Shown one piece after another: positions 7,086 through 17,204 of a DNA stretch of 64,000 bases; within the stretch, counting starts at the first letter, position 1; each line of letters opens with the position of its first letter. Both the position numbers and the translations under genes were made by a program. The stretch is taken from contig OZ243961.1 in NCBI GenBank assembly GCA_965214605.1, forward strand, positions 608,001-672,000, in the 5' to 3' direction. The notes under the pieces are model-generated. The model was not told where the DNA came from. It ran no database searches and worked only from the letters and a program-made list of their open reading frames with translations. The stretch comes from an uncultured Candidatus Binatia bacterium. Its GTDB lineage: Bacteria; Desulfobacterota; Binatia; Bin18.

Positions 7086-7808
7086 CTATTCCGGAACCGG
7101 CCGCGCCCGCTGGTTGTAGAGCATCTTGCGCAGGCGGTCTTTCTCTTCCTGCGACAGCTTGGAGAAGTCCATGGACAGCTCGCTGCCAACGGCCATGCCT
7201 TTTTTCACCCCGTCCCGTTCCGAGAGTTCCTCAAACCAGCGTTTGAAATATTTAAACTCGTTGATGTCCTGTCCCTGGGCCTCCCAGCTGACCGTCCAGG
7301 GATAACAAATCATATCGGCGATCGTATACTCATCACCGGCCAGATAAGGCTGCCGATAGAGCTGATTATTTAAGACGCCAAACAGACGGTTGACCTCATC
7401 TGTGAAACGCCGCACTGCATATGTCTGATCACCCTGTTCATCGCCCAAGCGCCGAAAATGACCACACTCTCCGCTTTTGGGGCCTTGGTTGGCCATCTGC
7501 CACATGACCCACTGGTTGACGACGTAACGCCCCCGCACGTCTTGGGGATAGAACTTGCCGGCCTTCTCGGCAATATACATCATCATTGCTCCAGATTCAA
7601 AAATACTGATCGGCTCGCCCCCGCCCAAGGGATCGTGGTCGACCATGGCGGGCATCCGGTTGTTAGGACAGATCTGTAGAAATTCGTCCGTGAACTGATC
7701 TCCACGGCCAATGTTGCAGGGGATCATATTGTAGGCTATGTCACACTCTTCGAGCAGAATAGTCACCTTTTTGCCGTTTGGCGTGGGCCAATAGTGTAAG
7801 TCAATCAT
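7086..7808 (-). CDS. Glutathione S-transferase, YfcG/YghU-like (Nu class)
   Basis: YWPTPNGKKV, PNNRMPAMVD, IFESGA, YTIADMICYPW. Confidence 0.9.
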   Translation of the reverse strand: MIDLHYWPTPNGKKVTILLEECDIAYNMIPCNIGRGDQFTDEFLQICPNNRMPAMVDHDPLGGGEPISIFESGAMMMYIAEKAGKFYPQDVRGRYVVNQWVMWQMANQGPKSGECGHFRRLGDEQGDQTYAVRRFTDEVNRLFGVLNNQLYRQPYLAGDEYTIADMICYPWTVSWEAQGQDINEFKYFKRWFEELSERDGVKKGMAVGSELSMDFSKLSQEEKDRLRKMLYNQRARPVPE

Positions 7809-7937
7809 GCTGCGTACCTCCTTTTTTCCGATATCGACCGACCGGACGTTATGCCACCCTACACCGATTCGACTGACTGGAACAAGCAGGTCTGGATGCG
7901 CAAGCGCCGGGATCTTGCCTGTCGCCGAGCGAACGGC

Positions 7938-8540
7938 TTACGCATCTGTCCACTCGGTATTCCAGCGTGGAAAAAAACGCGGCACCCGCCGGCAGTATGC
8001 AGCATAGGCCTGGCCAAAACGCTGGTGTAATTCCCGCTCTTCAAACACGACAATCACATACAACAGGGGCAGACTCAGTGCCGCCCATACGTATAAGATC
8101 AGATAATTGGCCACAAAGGCGAAGCCTAGCACTGATAGAAACACTTCTAGATAGCGCGGGTGTCGTATCCGGGCATAAATCCCCTCCTGTAACAAGCTGG
8201 ACGGTTGGCTCTGAGAGCGCAGTTCGGGGAGACCGATCATGATACGCAGGGTCAAATATTTGCGGTGCTGGAGTGCAAGCGCGCCTGCTCCGCTCAGACA
8301 CACTACGGCCAGTCCCAGACAGACGGCGTTTGTCTCGTACTTGGTGGCCAACAGCGCACCGCGAACTACAAACAGGCCTCCGCCAAGCATGCTCAGCTCG
8401 GCTCCCACCAGACCATACGTCCAGCCCACCCCCCGTTTACGCCAAAATTCGGCAAAAGGGTGGATGCACAGCCAGAACAACAGCCCCGGCGGGAGGCCGA
8501 TCAGAAACGCGAACGCAATCCCGTAGCGCAACTCATCCAT
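7938..8540 (-). CDS. Isoprenylcysteine carboxylmethyltransferase/PEMT-family membrane protein
   Basis: TM helices; GIYARIRHPRY, EERELHQRFGQAYAAYCRRVPRFFP; start placed at ATG 8540. Confidence 0.85.
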   Translation of the reverse strand: MDELRYGIAFAFLIGLPPGLLFWLCIHPFAEFWRKRGVGWTYGLVGAELSMLGGGLFVVRGALLATKYETNAVCLGLAVVCLSGAGALALQHRKYLTLRIMIGLPELRSQSQPSSLLQEGIYARIRHPRYLEVFLSVLGFAFVANYLILYVWAALSLPLLYVIVVFEERELHQRFGQAYAAYCRRVPRFFPRWNTEWTDA

Positions 8541-8747
8541 TAGGTGCACGCCGACCCTCCGCTCCCAACCGACCGCAAGGTCCCCAACTCCATAACAGCC
8601 GATATCACCATTCCTAGGTATGAAGCACCCCCCAATCAGCCCGAGACACCAGGCGGCCTGCCTCCCTCCCCTTGTCTCTTCCCAGATCAGAATAGTACAA
8701 CCGCTTAGAAGACAACATCTTGTTGCGGACATCCGAGATTGGAGGAT

Positions 8748-9803
8748 ATGATGCTGAGGGCACTTGCAGTGTGTAGCGGAAAAGGTGGTGTAGGCAAAAC
8801 GCTGTTATCGGCCAGTCTGGCCCGGATTATTCAGCAAGCAGAAAACTGCAACGTCTTGGCAGTCGATTTAGACCTAACAGTCAGTGGGCTAACCCTCTTG
8901 TCGTTTCACAATAAACTTGAGCTTGATCAAGTCCCAATCTCACTCTTTGACTACCTGACCGGTGATGACAATGCCCAAAGTGCGCTGTTCGGAGCCTTAC
9001 AGGCCGCCGTCACATCAAGGGGCGAATATCCTTCGGCCGTGCTCTACCAGCGTCTAGATCACGTTTTTGTCCTGCCCGCCTCCACAGAAAGTGAGCGTCC
9101 GGACTGGAGCCGGTCTGCCCAGATTGAACTCGACCTGGCGATTGAAAAAATTGCCCAGCTGCGACATTTTGCCGCTGAGTCGCTGGACATCGACTATCTG
9201 ATTTTTGATACTCAAGCTGGCTTGGGCAGCCTCAGTCTGGCCGCGGCAACGCTCAGCGATATGACCCTTATCGTGATGGAAGAAGACGATATCAGCTGGT
9301 TCACCGCGCTGCGCATGTTCACCGAAATTACCGAGTTGAACAGACGCCTCAAAAACCGCTCGCGCAGCTACTTCCTGGCCAACAAAGTCCAAGCTGGGCT
9401 GATGGATATGGCCAGCAAACTGAAAGCCTTTTCCTTTCTGCCACCGATCCCGTTCGATAGCTGGATGCAGCGTCTGGTGTCGAACTCGACCGCCGTTGTC
9501 CTTGAAAAAGAGTTTGAAGACAGCGACTTCTTTCGTCGTTTACAAACCCGGGTGTGGCGAGAAATGGCCAGCCTTTTTGGACTCAGCCAGAGTCCCCAAA
9601 AAAATGCCTCGTTTAGCTGGTGGCGGCAGCTCAAGGGACCGGTCGAGCCAATGCCGAAAGCCAAGCCCACAGCGTCGTCCCCCCCTCCCCGCCTCAGCCC
9701 GAATTTCCAGAACAGTCAGCCAGAAAAAACCACGCCCTCCGCCGCCAAAGCCCAGCCTGCTGACCAACCTCACCGGTTAGACGTCAAAAGTGAAGTCCGT
9801 TGA
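8748..9803 (+). CDS. ParA/MinD-family P-loop ATPase with Pro-rich C-terminal tail
   Basis: Deviant Walker A SGKGGVGKT, AVDLDL, DYLIFDT; GGAGG RBS. Confidence 0.8.
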   Translation: MMLRALAVCSGKGGVGKTLLSASLARIIQQAENCNVLAVDLDLTVSGLTLLSFHNKLELDQVPISLFDYLTGDDNAQSALFGALQAAVTSRGEYPSAVLYQRLDHVFVLPASTESERPDWSRSAQIELDLAIEKIAQLRHFAAESLDIDYLIFDTQAGLGSLSLAAATLSDMTLIVMEEDDISWFTALRMFTEITELNRRLKNRSRSYFLANKVQAGLMDMASKLKAFSFLPPIPFDSWMQRLVSNSTAVVLEKEFEDSDFFRRLQTRVWREMASLFGLSQSPQKNASFSWWRQLKGPVEPMPKAKPTASSPPPRLSPNFQNSQPEKTTPSAAKAQPADQPHRLDVKSEVR

Positions 9804-9804
9804 T

Positions 9805-10782
9805 CTAATGTGACGGAATCAGGACGACTTTCCCCGTCGTACGTCGGGCGGCCAGATAGCGATGGGCATCGGCCGCGTGGGCAAGGGGAAACGTCCGGTC
9901 CATAACAGGCCGCAGGGTTCCGGCTTGAACCATGGCCAGCAGCTCCTGCATCGGCCGACGATGCAGGGCGACGTACCACGGCGGCATGCCCAGATGCAGA
10001 CCGCTGACCGTAATATTACGGATCAAAATCTGAGTGGCATCAAGCATCGGCAGGGAGCCACTCGCCCGGCCATAAATGACCAGCCGGCCCATCGGCACCA
10101 GGCAGTTCAGGCTACGGGTCAACACGTCTCCGCCAACACATTCCAGCACCACATCGACCCCCCGTCGGTCGGTCATACGCAGGATCTCAGACACAAAGTC
10201 GTGCTCAGCATAGTTAATGACTTCCTGGATGCCAAGGTGGCGTAAACGTTCTAGCTTTTGCTCGCTCGAAGCCGTTCCAAATACGCGGGCCCCCCACAGC
10301 TTGGCCAGCTGGACGGCGATTGTGCCGACCCCGCTGGCAGCGGCCTGGACCAACACAAAATCTTGGGGCTGAAGGCGCGCGCTCGTCTTCAGGAGATGAT
10401 AGGCAGTGGCACCGGCAACCGGCATACCAGCCGCAGCCTCAAAACTCAGGGAATCGGGAAGAGGGTAAACCGCCTCCGGCGGTGCCGTGACATACTCAGC
10501 ATAGCCACCAGTCCCAACCCAGGCCATGACCCGATCGCCAGGCCTGACCGTGCTGACCTCAGCCCCGGTCCGAGCAACCCGACCGGCTACCTCCAGACCG
10601 GGTATCAACGGCAGCGGGTAGGCGAACGGGTAGCGGCCCTGCCGCCGACCGAGGTCAGAATAATTGACCCCTGCCGCCGCCACCTTGATCAGAACCTGCT
10701 CGTCTTCGACAGACGGTTCATCCACATCCTCATAGCACAATACCTCGGGCCCGCCGAACTGGTGAAAACGGATGGCTCGCAT
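9805..10782 (-). CDS. NADPH:quinone oxidoreductase (MDR family)
   Basis: GGPEVL, AAGVN, PGLEVAG, AAASGVG, GKVVL. Confidence 0.9.
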   Translation of the reverse strand: MRAIRFHQFGGPEVLCYEDVDEPSVEDEQVLIKVAAAGVNYSDLGRRQGRYPFAYPLPLIPGLEVAGRVARTGAEVSTVRPGDRVMAWVGTGGYAEYVTAPPEAVYPLPDSLSFEAAAGMPVAGATAYHLLKTSARLQPQDFVLVQAAASGVGTIAVQLAKLWGARVFGTASSEQKLERLRHLGIQEVINYAEHDFVSEILRMTDRRGVDVVLECVGGDVLTRSLNCLVPMGRLVIYGRASGSLPMLDATQILIRNITVSGLHLGMPPWYVALHRRPMQELLAMVQAGTLRPVMDRTFPLAHAADAHRYLAARRTTGKVVLIPSH

Positions 10783-10812
10783 GGTTCACTCTGTGCCTGG
10801 AGGACGTATATC

Positions 10813-11751
10813 TTAGAATACGGCCAGCGGATTCACCGGTGAGGCGGTTCCCTTGACCAGCACTAGCGGTGCAATGATCGACAGAAACGTCCAGCGCGAT
10901 CGCTCGGCACACGCTTGAGCGACGGCCTCTAGGTCACAGTTGTCTATCAGGTGCAGGCCCATGGCCACAATTGTGACGGCATGGATGGGTAACATCAGCT
11001 TGTCGTAGCCGCTAGGCAGCACATCGCTAGCACCGTCTCCGGCCATGGCGGCAACTTCGTGGGCATGCAGCCACGGCAGGCAGGCCGCCCCGAGTCCGGC
11101 CATCCCTTCGCTAAACGAGTCCCACGGTCCTTTTGATCTCAGCCGGGCGTGCCGCCCGGTACGAACAAACAGGACGTCTCCACTCTCGACCCGAAAGCCA
11201 CCCGCCTGTTCGGCCTGGTCAAGGTCGGCCGGGGTGATTTCCTCTCCGGGTTCAAGCCACTCTTTGCTCTTCAGCCGAGGGATATCGATCAATACTCCCC
11301 GGGACACGATCCCGTCTTTGAGCGCGTCAATAGCCCCGTTTTTGGCGCCCTTGGTCCCAACGTCTTCTGACGAATAGCCGTTATACATTTGGCCCTTGTG
11401 AAAGACGTGGCACAGCGCGTCCAAATGTGTGTTGGCCAGCCCGTGCGGCGCAATTGCAAAGTAATCGGCACTATATGGAATCGGCGCAGCACTGCTCTCT
11501 CCTTGAGACCCAGTCTGTATCATGAGGTGCATCACCGGAGTCGGATTATCAGGACCGGGTTCGGTCGCTAAAGGCAGAGACATAGACACGGTGTGGCCGT
11601 CTTGGATCAGAGTGGCAGCCTGGGCCCGCTTTTCCGGCGTAATATAGTTGAGCGCTCCCACTTGGTCGTCCTTGCCCCATTTGCCCCAGTTGCTGAGGGT
11701 GATGAAAAACTCGCTGACTTGCGCTTCGCTCAGATCACGATTGGCTACCAT
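10813..11751 (-). CDS. Cyclase family (kynurenine formamidase-like) metal hydrolase
   Basis: NWGKWGKDDQVGALN, HGLANTHLDALCH, RGVLIDIP, GTASPVNPLAVF. Confidence 0.88.
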   Translation of the reverse strand: MVANRDLSEAQVSEFFITLSNWGKWGKDDQVGALNYITPEKRAQAATLIQDGHTVSMSLPLATEPGPDNPTPVMHLMIQTGSQGESSAAPIPYSADYFAIAPHGLANTHLDALCHVFHKGQMYNGYSSEDVGTKGAKNGAIDALKDGIVSRGVLIDIPRLKSKEWLEPGEEITPADLDQAEQAGGFRVESGDVLFVRTGRHARLRSKGPWDSFSEGMAGLGAACLPWLHAHEVAAMAGDGASDVLPSGYDKLMLPIHAVTIVAMGLHLIDNCDLEAVAQACAERSRWTFLSIIAPLVLVKGTASPVNPLAVF

Positions 11752-11867
11752 ACTCGTCCCCCCTTTGGGCGGCATCATAGTCAGCGCTTATTGGAGCTGT
11801 CAAGGAAAATACACTAGCCACTCGGCGGACAGCTATGATACACACAGACATGTTCCAAACGCAGGTT

Positions 11868-12686
11868 ATGATGGATCTTCTGACTCGACTTACGGAGGCG
11901 CTTGCCCCCTACGGACTGAATCTGGTCGGCACCACTACCCGAGCGGCGTATGAGTCGCTCGTACCCACCTCCTACCGTCTTGAACCGCTCCTGCCGCAGA
12001 CCCAAACCGTCATCGTTATCGGCAACGGGGGAAGCGCTTTTTGGACCACCTTCCGCCCCTACGCCGACCGCCATGCGGGCGACCCCCACCCACTGGATGA
12101 CTACACGGTTGAGATTATCGAACACAGCCTGACGCCGATCCTCAAGCCCTCAGGGAGAGGCTATCGCTATGTGTACCCGTTTCGCTTTGGGACCGAACCG
12201 GTCTCGTTTATGCACCTAGCCCAGGCCGCGGGTCTGGCCGGACCAAGTATTCTGGGTATTATGATTCATCCGGTCTACGGTCCGTGGCTAGCGCTGCGCG
12301 CCGCCGTATTAGTGGCCCACGACCTCTCCCATCCGCCCTCAGCACCGGGCTTCAACCCCTGCCCCAGCTGTATCGAAAAGCCCTGCATCCAGGCCTGCCC
12401 AGCGGGTGTGATCGGTGCGCGGCACGGTTGGAACATTTCTGGATGCGCCAAGCACCGCCTCGCCGCGGATCAGTGCGCGGCTTTCTGTCACGCTCGCCAC
12501 AGCTGCGTATACGGTCGGAAGCACCGCTATCCGCCGGATGCCCTACGCCACCATCAAGCCCAGAGTCTAGCCACCATGAGGCAATACGAAGAAGAGGACG
12601 ATAAGTCGTTTACAGCGCACAGGCGCTCTGTTGGGGCTGGAAACCAAAGCAATGGAGCAGTGCAAACCCGTTCGACGATACCTTGA
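11868..12686 (+). CDS. CblC/MMACHC-like cobalamin-processing domain with C-terminal Fe-S ferredoxin motif
   Basis: HPLDDY, HLAQAAGL, IHPVYGPWLALRAA, then CPSCIEKPCIQACP and further Cys residues; start uncertain (11835-11871). Confidence 0.6.
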   Translation: MMDLLTRLTEALAPYGLNLVGTTTRAAYESLVPTSYRLEPLLPQTQTVIVIGNGGSAFWTTFRPYADRHAGDPHPLDDYTVEIIEHSLTPILKPSGRGYRYVYPFRFGTEPVSFMHLAQAAGLAGPSILGIMIHPVYGPWLALRAAVLVAHDLSHPPSAPGFNPCPSCIEKPCIQACPAGVIGARHGWNISGCAKHRLAADQCAAFCHARHSCVYGRKHRYPPDALRHHQAQSLATMRQYEEEDDKSFTAHRRSVGAGNQSNGAVQTRSTIP

Positions 12687-12892
12687 AGTTTTCTCCAACG
12701 CTGTAAGAGAGGGGGGGCAGCCGGCGACAGGGCGGCGCACTCACCAGGAGATCACAGGAAGCCCTGACCGCCACTGTTGCCGACTGACGGACAGGCGAGG
12801 CTGGCACACGTCGCCACGAAGACTGACAGCACTCCTTTGCAGGCTTGAGATGAGCGCGAACTTTCAGGACGTATCAAAAGCCACGCAGTACA

Positions 12893-12927
12893 CGATGCGG
12901 GCAGGGTTTGCCCCTACCCGCATCGGA
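12893..12927. repeat. REP-like palindrome, copy 1
   Basis: CGATGCGGG..AGGG tttgc CCCT..CCCGCATCG hairpin; 26-nt segment 12902-12927 recurs at 33600-33625 with 1 mismatch. Confidence 0.65.
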
Positions 12928-12998
12928 ACGATCATCGGCGCTCGCCTCCCCTTCGTTCGCTACCTGACCTCGTAAGGCACCACATTTTCCTTTTGGCT

Positions 12999-13607
12999 TC
13001 AGGCTTTGGCGCTAGGCCGTGCCGACACCTCCTCGTGCCAACGGGCCAGATTTTTCTGCTCGGGCGCAATGCTAATCTTCGACACCCGACCAAAATCAGT
13101 CGCACACAGAGCGGTAATATCGGCAACCGTGAAGCGCTCGCCGGCAATAAACTGCCGGTCGGCCAAGACCTCGTCTAGCCAGGCCAGGTTTTGGATAGCC
13201 CGCCGCTTGGCCACCTCGGCATACTCCGGGCACTGCTCAATGCGGCCCTTAAAAAACGCGTGGTGTTGGCGAAATGCGTCGGCAATCGGCAGCAGAAGTT
13301 CAAACTCCATACGGCGGTCCCACATGGCCACCACAGCCCTATCTGTGGCGTCAACACCTAGTAGCGGCGGCTCTGGGTGGATTTCTTCAAAATAGCGGCA
13401 AATGGCGGCACTTTCTGCAATACAGGTCCCGTCGTCCAGTTCTAAGACCGGTACGGTACCCAGCGGATTTTTCTGTCGGAATTCGCCCTGACGGTTGACA
13501 GCGTTCACGATATCGACTTCCTCAAACGGCACATCAATCCCTTTTTCAGCCACAAAAATGCGGACCCGACGCGGGTTAGGAGCGGCTTTGCTATCGTGAA
13601 TCTTCAT
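12999..13607 (-). CDS. Glutathione S-transferase family protein
   Basis: APNPRRVRIFVAEKG, NPLGTVPVLE, AESAAICRY, FTVADIT. Confidence 0.92.
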   Translation of the reverse strand: MKIHDSKAAPNPRRVRIFVAEKGIDVPFEEVDIVNAVNRQGEFRQKNPLGTVPVLELDDGTCIAESAAICRYFEEIHPEPPLLGVDATDRAVVAMWDRRMEFELLLPIADAFRQHHAFFKGRIEQCPEYAEVAKRRAIQNLAWLDEVLADRQFIAGERFTVADITALCATDFGRVSKISIAPEQKNLARWHEEVSARPSAKA

Positions 13608-13762
13608 AATAACCTCCTTGCTGAAGACTAGGCTCACTCTATAGGAACCAAGAAACCGAAGCTAGAGAAGCGGGAGACAAGACCGCTCGCGGCCCTGCTA
13701 TCAGGACGGCATGCTTCCGGTGGCAGCGAATGTAGGCTATGCTTCGCCACAGGAGACGCAAC

Positions 13763-14824
13763 ATGCCCTGGTCAGACCCCGCCCTGCAATCGGAAGCCTA
13801 CGAACTGAATGACGCCGGACAGGCCAACGAATTTTACCAAGACAGAGGCTGGACCGACGGACTGCCAATTGTTCCGCCCACCGCCGAAGGAGTGTCTGCC
13901 TGTCTACGGGCGGCCAGCCTCAGCCCGGACACGATCATTGGCACCGAACGCGTTCGGCAGCGGCCTTTGACCGCCGAAAAAGTGGCAATTAATGCCGTCA
14001 TGGCGGGCTGTTTACCCAGCTATATGCCAGTCTTGGTCGCCGTGCTGCAAGCCATGTGTGAAGAACCGTTTAATCTGCACGGGAGTACGGCTAGCACCGG
14101 CGGCAGCGCCCAATTTATTGTTGTCAACGGTCCCATCCGTCAGACCCTGGGCATGAATGCCACCCACAATGTCCTGAGCACCGGTAACCGTGCCAATGCA
14201 ACAATCGGCCGAGCGGTACGCCTGGTGTTAATCAATGTGCTCGGCTGCATCCCCGGTCAGCTGGACCGTTCAACCCTGGGGCACCCAGGCAAGTATTCGC
14301 TGTGCCTTGCCGAAGACGAGGAAGACAGCCCGTGGCTGCCACTGGCCCAACAGCGCGGCGTAGCTGAGGGCGTATCGGCCGTTACCGTTATGGCGTGTGA
14401 GTCTCCCCACCAGACCATGAACGAATGGACGCACGATCCCGAAGAGATCGTCGAGACCTTTGCCGCGGAGATGCGTCACAATATGCTGACGTACTCCATC
14501 TGGCCGGGCAACTATGGGCTGGTCATTCCTAAACAGCTGCGCGAGCTGCTGGTCGCGGCCGGCTGGCAAAAAAAAGAGATCCAGGAGCATATTTACCGCC
14601 GCGCCTGGGTCAAACGGAGCGACTGGGCCAGTGTCGGCAAGGCCAATATCGTCAACCGGGGCGGCGGACCAGACCAAGAATTTAGCGCCTTGCGCGCGCC
14701 CGAGGATCTGCTAGTCGTTGCCGCCGGTGGACCGGCGGGCGGATTTGGCGCGGTTGTGCCACCCTGGTTGGGGTCCAAGGCCCTGGCAGTGACCAAGCCG
14801 GTCAGTCTGCCGAGAGGAGGGTAG
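13763..14824 (+). CDS. Conserved UGSC-associated protein
   Basis: GWTDGLPIVPPT, VAINAVMAGC, NRANATIGRA, TLGHPGKY; this family is typically found next to UGSC proteins. Confidence 0.75.
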   Translation: MPWSDPALQSEAYELNDAGQANEFYQDRGWTDGLPIVPPTAEGVSACLRAASLSPDTIIGTERVRQRPLTAEKVAINAVMAGCLPSYMPVLVAVLQAMCEEPFNLHGSTASTGGSAQFIVVNGPIRQTLGMNATHNVLSTGNRANATIGRAVRLVLINVLGCIPGQLDRSTLGHPGKYSLCLAEDEEDSPWLPLAQQRGVAEGVSAVTVMACESPHQTMNEWTHDPEEIVETFAAEMRHNMLTYSIWPGNYGLVIPKQLRELLVAAGWQKKEIQEHIYRRAWVKRSDWASVGKANIVNRGGGPDQEFSALRAPEDLLVVAAGGPAGGFGAVVPPWLGSKALAVTKPVSLPRGG

Positions 14825-14828
14825 CTGT

Positions 14829-15353
14829 ATGAGTATCCGTGTTCTGAACCCGACCTTTGACCAAATGGTGCGCCAAAACGGACGGACGCCGCGTTTAAGC
14901 TCGTTGCAAGGATGTACAGTCGGATTGTTGGATAACAGCAAAATCAAAGTCTGCGAACTCCTCGACCATATGGAGGATATGCTGCGTACCGAGTATGGTG
15001 TAGCCAGTATCATTCGCCTCAAAAAGCCCGATGCCAGTCGGCCCGCGCCGCAAGAGCTAGTGACCGAGATGGCGCGCTGTGAGGCTGTCATCTCGGCCGT
15101 CGGAGATTGAGGCAGCTGTTCGTCGTGCAGTTTGTACGACGCCCTGAGCGCCGAAAAAATCGGCGTTGCGGCCACCGCAATTATTACCGACCGTTTTGTC
15201 CAAACCGCCCAGGTTATGGCCCAGGTTTCGGGTATGACGGATTATCCATTTGCCGTCATTCCGCACCCGATCGCCAATAATGCACCAACCGTGCTGCGCG
15301 AAAAGGCGCACCAGGCGCTGCGCCAATGCGTCAGGTATTTGGTGCAGGGCTAG
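14829..15353 (+). CDS. UGSC-family selenoprotein (TGA 15108-15110 read as Sec)
   Basis: ORFs 14829-15110 and 15132-15353 are in one frame; readthrough gives AVGD-U-GSCSSCSLYDA; N-terminal VGLLDNSK motif; hairpin follows the UGA. Confidence 0.88.
15121..15141 (+). promoter_or_regulatory. Putative bacterial SECIS hairpin
   Basis: CGTCGTGCA-GTT-TGTACGACG: 9-bp stem (one G:U) starting 11 nt after the UGA, with GU in the apical loop. Confidence 0.75.
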
Positions 15354-15364
15354 GGCCGTAAGCC

Positions 15365-16057
15365 TTGAAAAAAGAGCAAACCAAGAGCGGAAAACACGCC
15401 CTCCGGGAGGAATCCATCCTCCAAGCCGCAGCCGCCTGCTTTGGCGAGTACGGCTACCGCGCCACCACTCTAGAGATGGTTGCTGAACGGCTCGACATCT
15501 CGCGCGTGACCCTCTACCGCTACTGTCCAAGCAAGGAAGAGCTGCTGATTCGAATCTTCGAGCGCTCCATTGCTATCTTTCAACGCGGCCTGCGTCACAT
15601 CTGTGAACAAGATATTCCGCCGGCTGAAAAACTGCGCCAAATTATCCGCCACCAGGTTCGATTGATGGCGGATCATCGCAATTTTTTAACCGTCTACTTC
15701 AGCGAAGAAGGCAATCTGCCACCTGACATGGCCGAACGCTCCCGTACTGAGCGACGGGTCTATGATGGGCTGATCGAGGGGGTGATTCGCGAGGGCGTGG
15801 AGTCCGGTCAGTTTGCGCCACTGCCGGTCAAACTGCTGTCTTTTGCCATCCTCGGGATGTGCAACTGGTTGTATCAGTGGTACCAGTCCGATGGCCCGCT
15901 GGCTGCGGATGAGGTCGCTCGAATTTTTATTGACCTCGTCGAGCACGGCTATCTGCGCGGTGACCCGCAGTACGAGCTGCTATCCGGCCTGGAACGGATT
16001 GAAAAAACCCTCGGTTCCCTCCAACGCCACCTCCAACCCCTCGCCCCCAAGCCCTAA
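15365..16057 (+). CDS. TetR/AcrR family regulator (KstR2-like C-terminus)
   Basis: ILQAAAACFGEYGYRATTLEMVAERLDISRVTLYRYCPSKEELL; ILGMCNWLYQWY. Confidence 0.9.
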   Translation: MKKEQTKSGKHALREESILQAAAACFGEYGYRATTLEMVAERLDISRVTLYRYCPSKEELLIRIFERSIAIFQRGLRHICEQDIPPAEKLRQIIRHQVRLMADHRNFLTVYFSEEGNLPPDMAERSRTERRVYDGLIEGVIREGVESGQFAPLPVKLLSFAILGMCNWLYQWYQSDGPLAADEVARIFIDLVEHGYLRGDPQYELLSGLERIEKTLGSLQRHLQPLAPKP

Positions 16058-16157
16058 TCCTCTTCATAACCCGTTCGCCTGACGTAGACCGCTCCAGGCT
16101 CGGCTGCCTGTAAAGCGGGTAACCCAAACAAGTGGTTGACGGGTCTAAACATATAGC

Positions 16158-16775
16158 ATGGAAAGGATTGGGGTCTTGGAAACTGTCGAGGCGCAGGCCA
16201 AGCAGGCCACCGCTTCGCAGCTAGAGCTGGAACAACGCTTTAGACTGCTTGTTGACTCTCATTGGGAGCGTGCCAGACGCCTGGCCTGGCGTCTCGTCGG
16301 CGGTGAGGACGAGGCGGCTGAGGACATCACCCAAGATGCCTTTGTTAAAGCCTATCGGGGGCTGAATACGTTTCGGCACCAGGCTCGCCTTGAGACTTGG
16401 TTTTACCGCATCCTGGTCCGTCAAGCGCACAGCTATCGTCGTTGGCGCTCAGTGCGAACCCTGTGGAATCACAGGCGGCTCGACCTCGAACCCGCTAGAC
16501 TCCCCGCTTCACCGAGCGGGACGGGCCCGGAGCGCTCAGACCCTTTTGTGAGGCAACGCATAGCCGAGGCACTCGAACGCCTGAGCCGTAGTCAACGCGA
16601 AGCATTTGTCTTGGTCCATCTAGAAGGATTTACTGTTCGTGAATGTGCCGAGCTGATGGGCAAGCCCAGCGGCACGGTGAAAAGCCATCTGCACCGGGCC
16701 CTCTCCCGTTTGCGGACGGAACTGGCCGATCTTAGACCATTGAGCCCTGAGCCGACCAAGGAGCACCGCCAATGA
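16158..16775 (+). CDS. ECF sigma-70 factor
   Basis: AEDITQDAFVKAY (region 2), TWFYRI, REAFVLVHLEGFTVRECAELMGKPSGTVKSHLHRA (region 4). Confidence 0.92.
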   Translation: MERIGVLETVEAQAKQATASQLELEQRFRLLVDSHWERARRLAWRLVGGEDEAAEDITQDAFVKAYRGLNTFRHQARLETWFYRILVRQAHSYRRWRSVRTLWNHRRLDLEPARLPASPSGTGPERSDPFVRQRIAEALERLSRSQREAFVLVHLEGFTVRECAELMGKPSGTVKSHLHRALSRLRTELADLRPLSPEPTKEHRQ

Positions 16776-17188
16776 GCACCGCGGCAAATCACAAACAGCC
16801 CAAGCGAGCCGACGCGGAGTTTATCGAGCGTCTGGCCAGCCACTATGTCCCCCCTCCCCTGACCCCGAACCAGCGGACCGTCTCGCACTTGGCGCTGGCA
16901 GCCCGACTCGAAAAGCGACGCCAACGCCGAGTGCTGTTTGTGCCCGCGCTGGCAACGGCCACGGTCGCTGCCCTCGCGCTGGTATTCAGCCTAGACGGAC
17001 GTTTTAGACTTGAGCCGAGCGAGCCGCCGGTCCGACCCCCACCGCTACAACCCTCAGAATCTGGACGGCGCCCGGACAGCTGGGAGTATCAGTTGCTGAC
17101 TGTTCAGCTGATCGACGACGAGGAGGAGCAACACTCCCTGCTTCCGGACGACTACGCGGCGATCAAAAGCGCATTTTTAGACGGTTAA
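16772..17188 (+). CDS. Putative single-pass membrane anti-sigma factor
   Basis: Overlaps the sigma stop (ATGA); one TM segment (VLFVPALATATVAALALVF). Confidence 0.6.
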   Translation: MSTAANHKQPKRADAEFIERLASHYVPPPLTPNQRTVSHLALAARLEKRRQRRVLFVPALATATVAALALVFSLDGRFRLEPSEPPVRPPPLQPSESGRRPDSWEYQLLTVQLIDDEEEQHSLLPDDYAAIKSAFLDG

Positions 17189-17204
17189 AAGAAAGGAAAA
17201 GCGC

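Noticed and set aside
16115-16150. Autoregulatory ECF promoter (GTAAC...GTCTAA)
   Set aside because: Spacing is longer than typical ECF -35/-10 spacing
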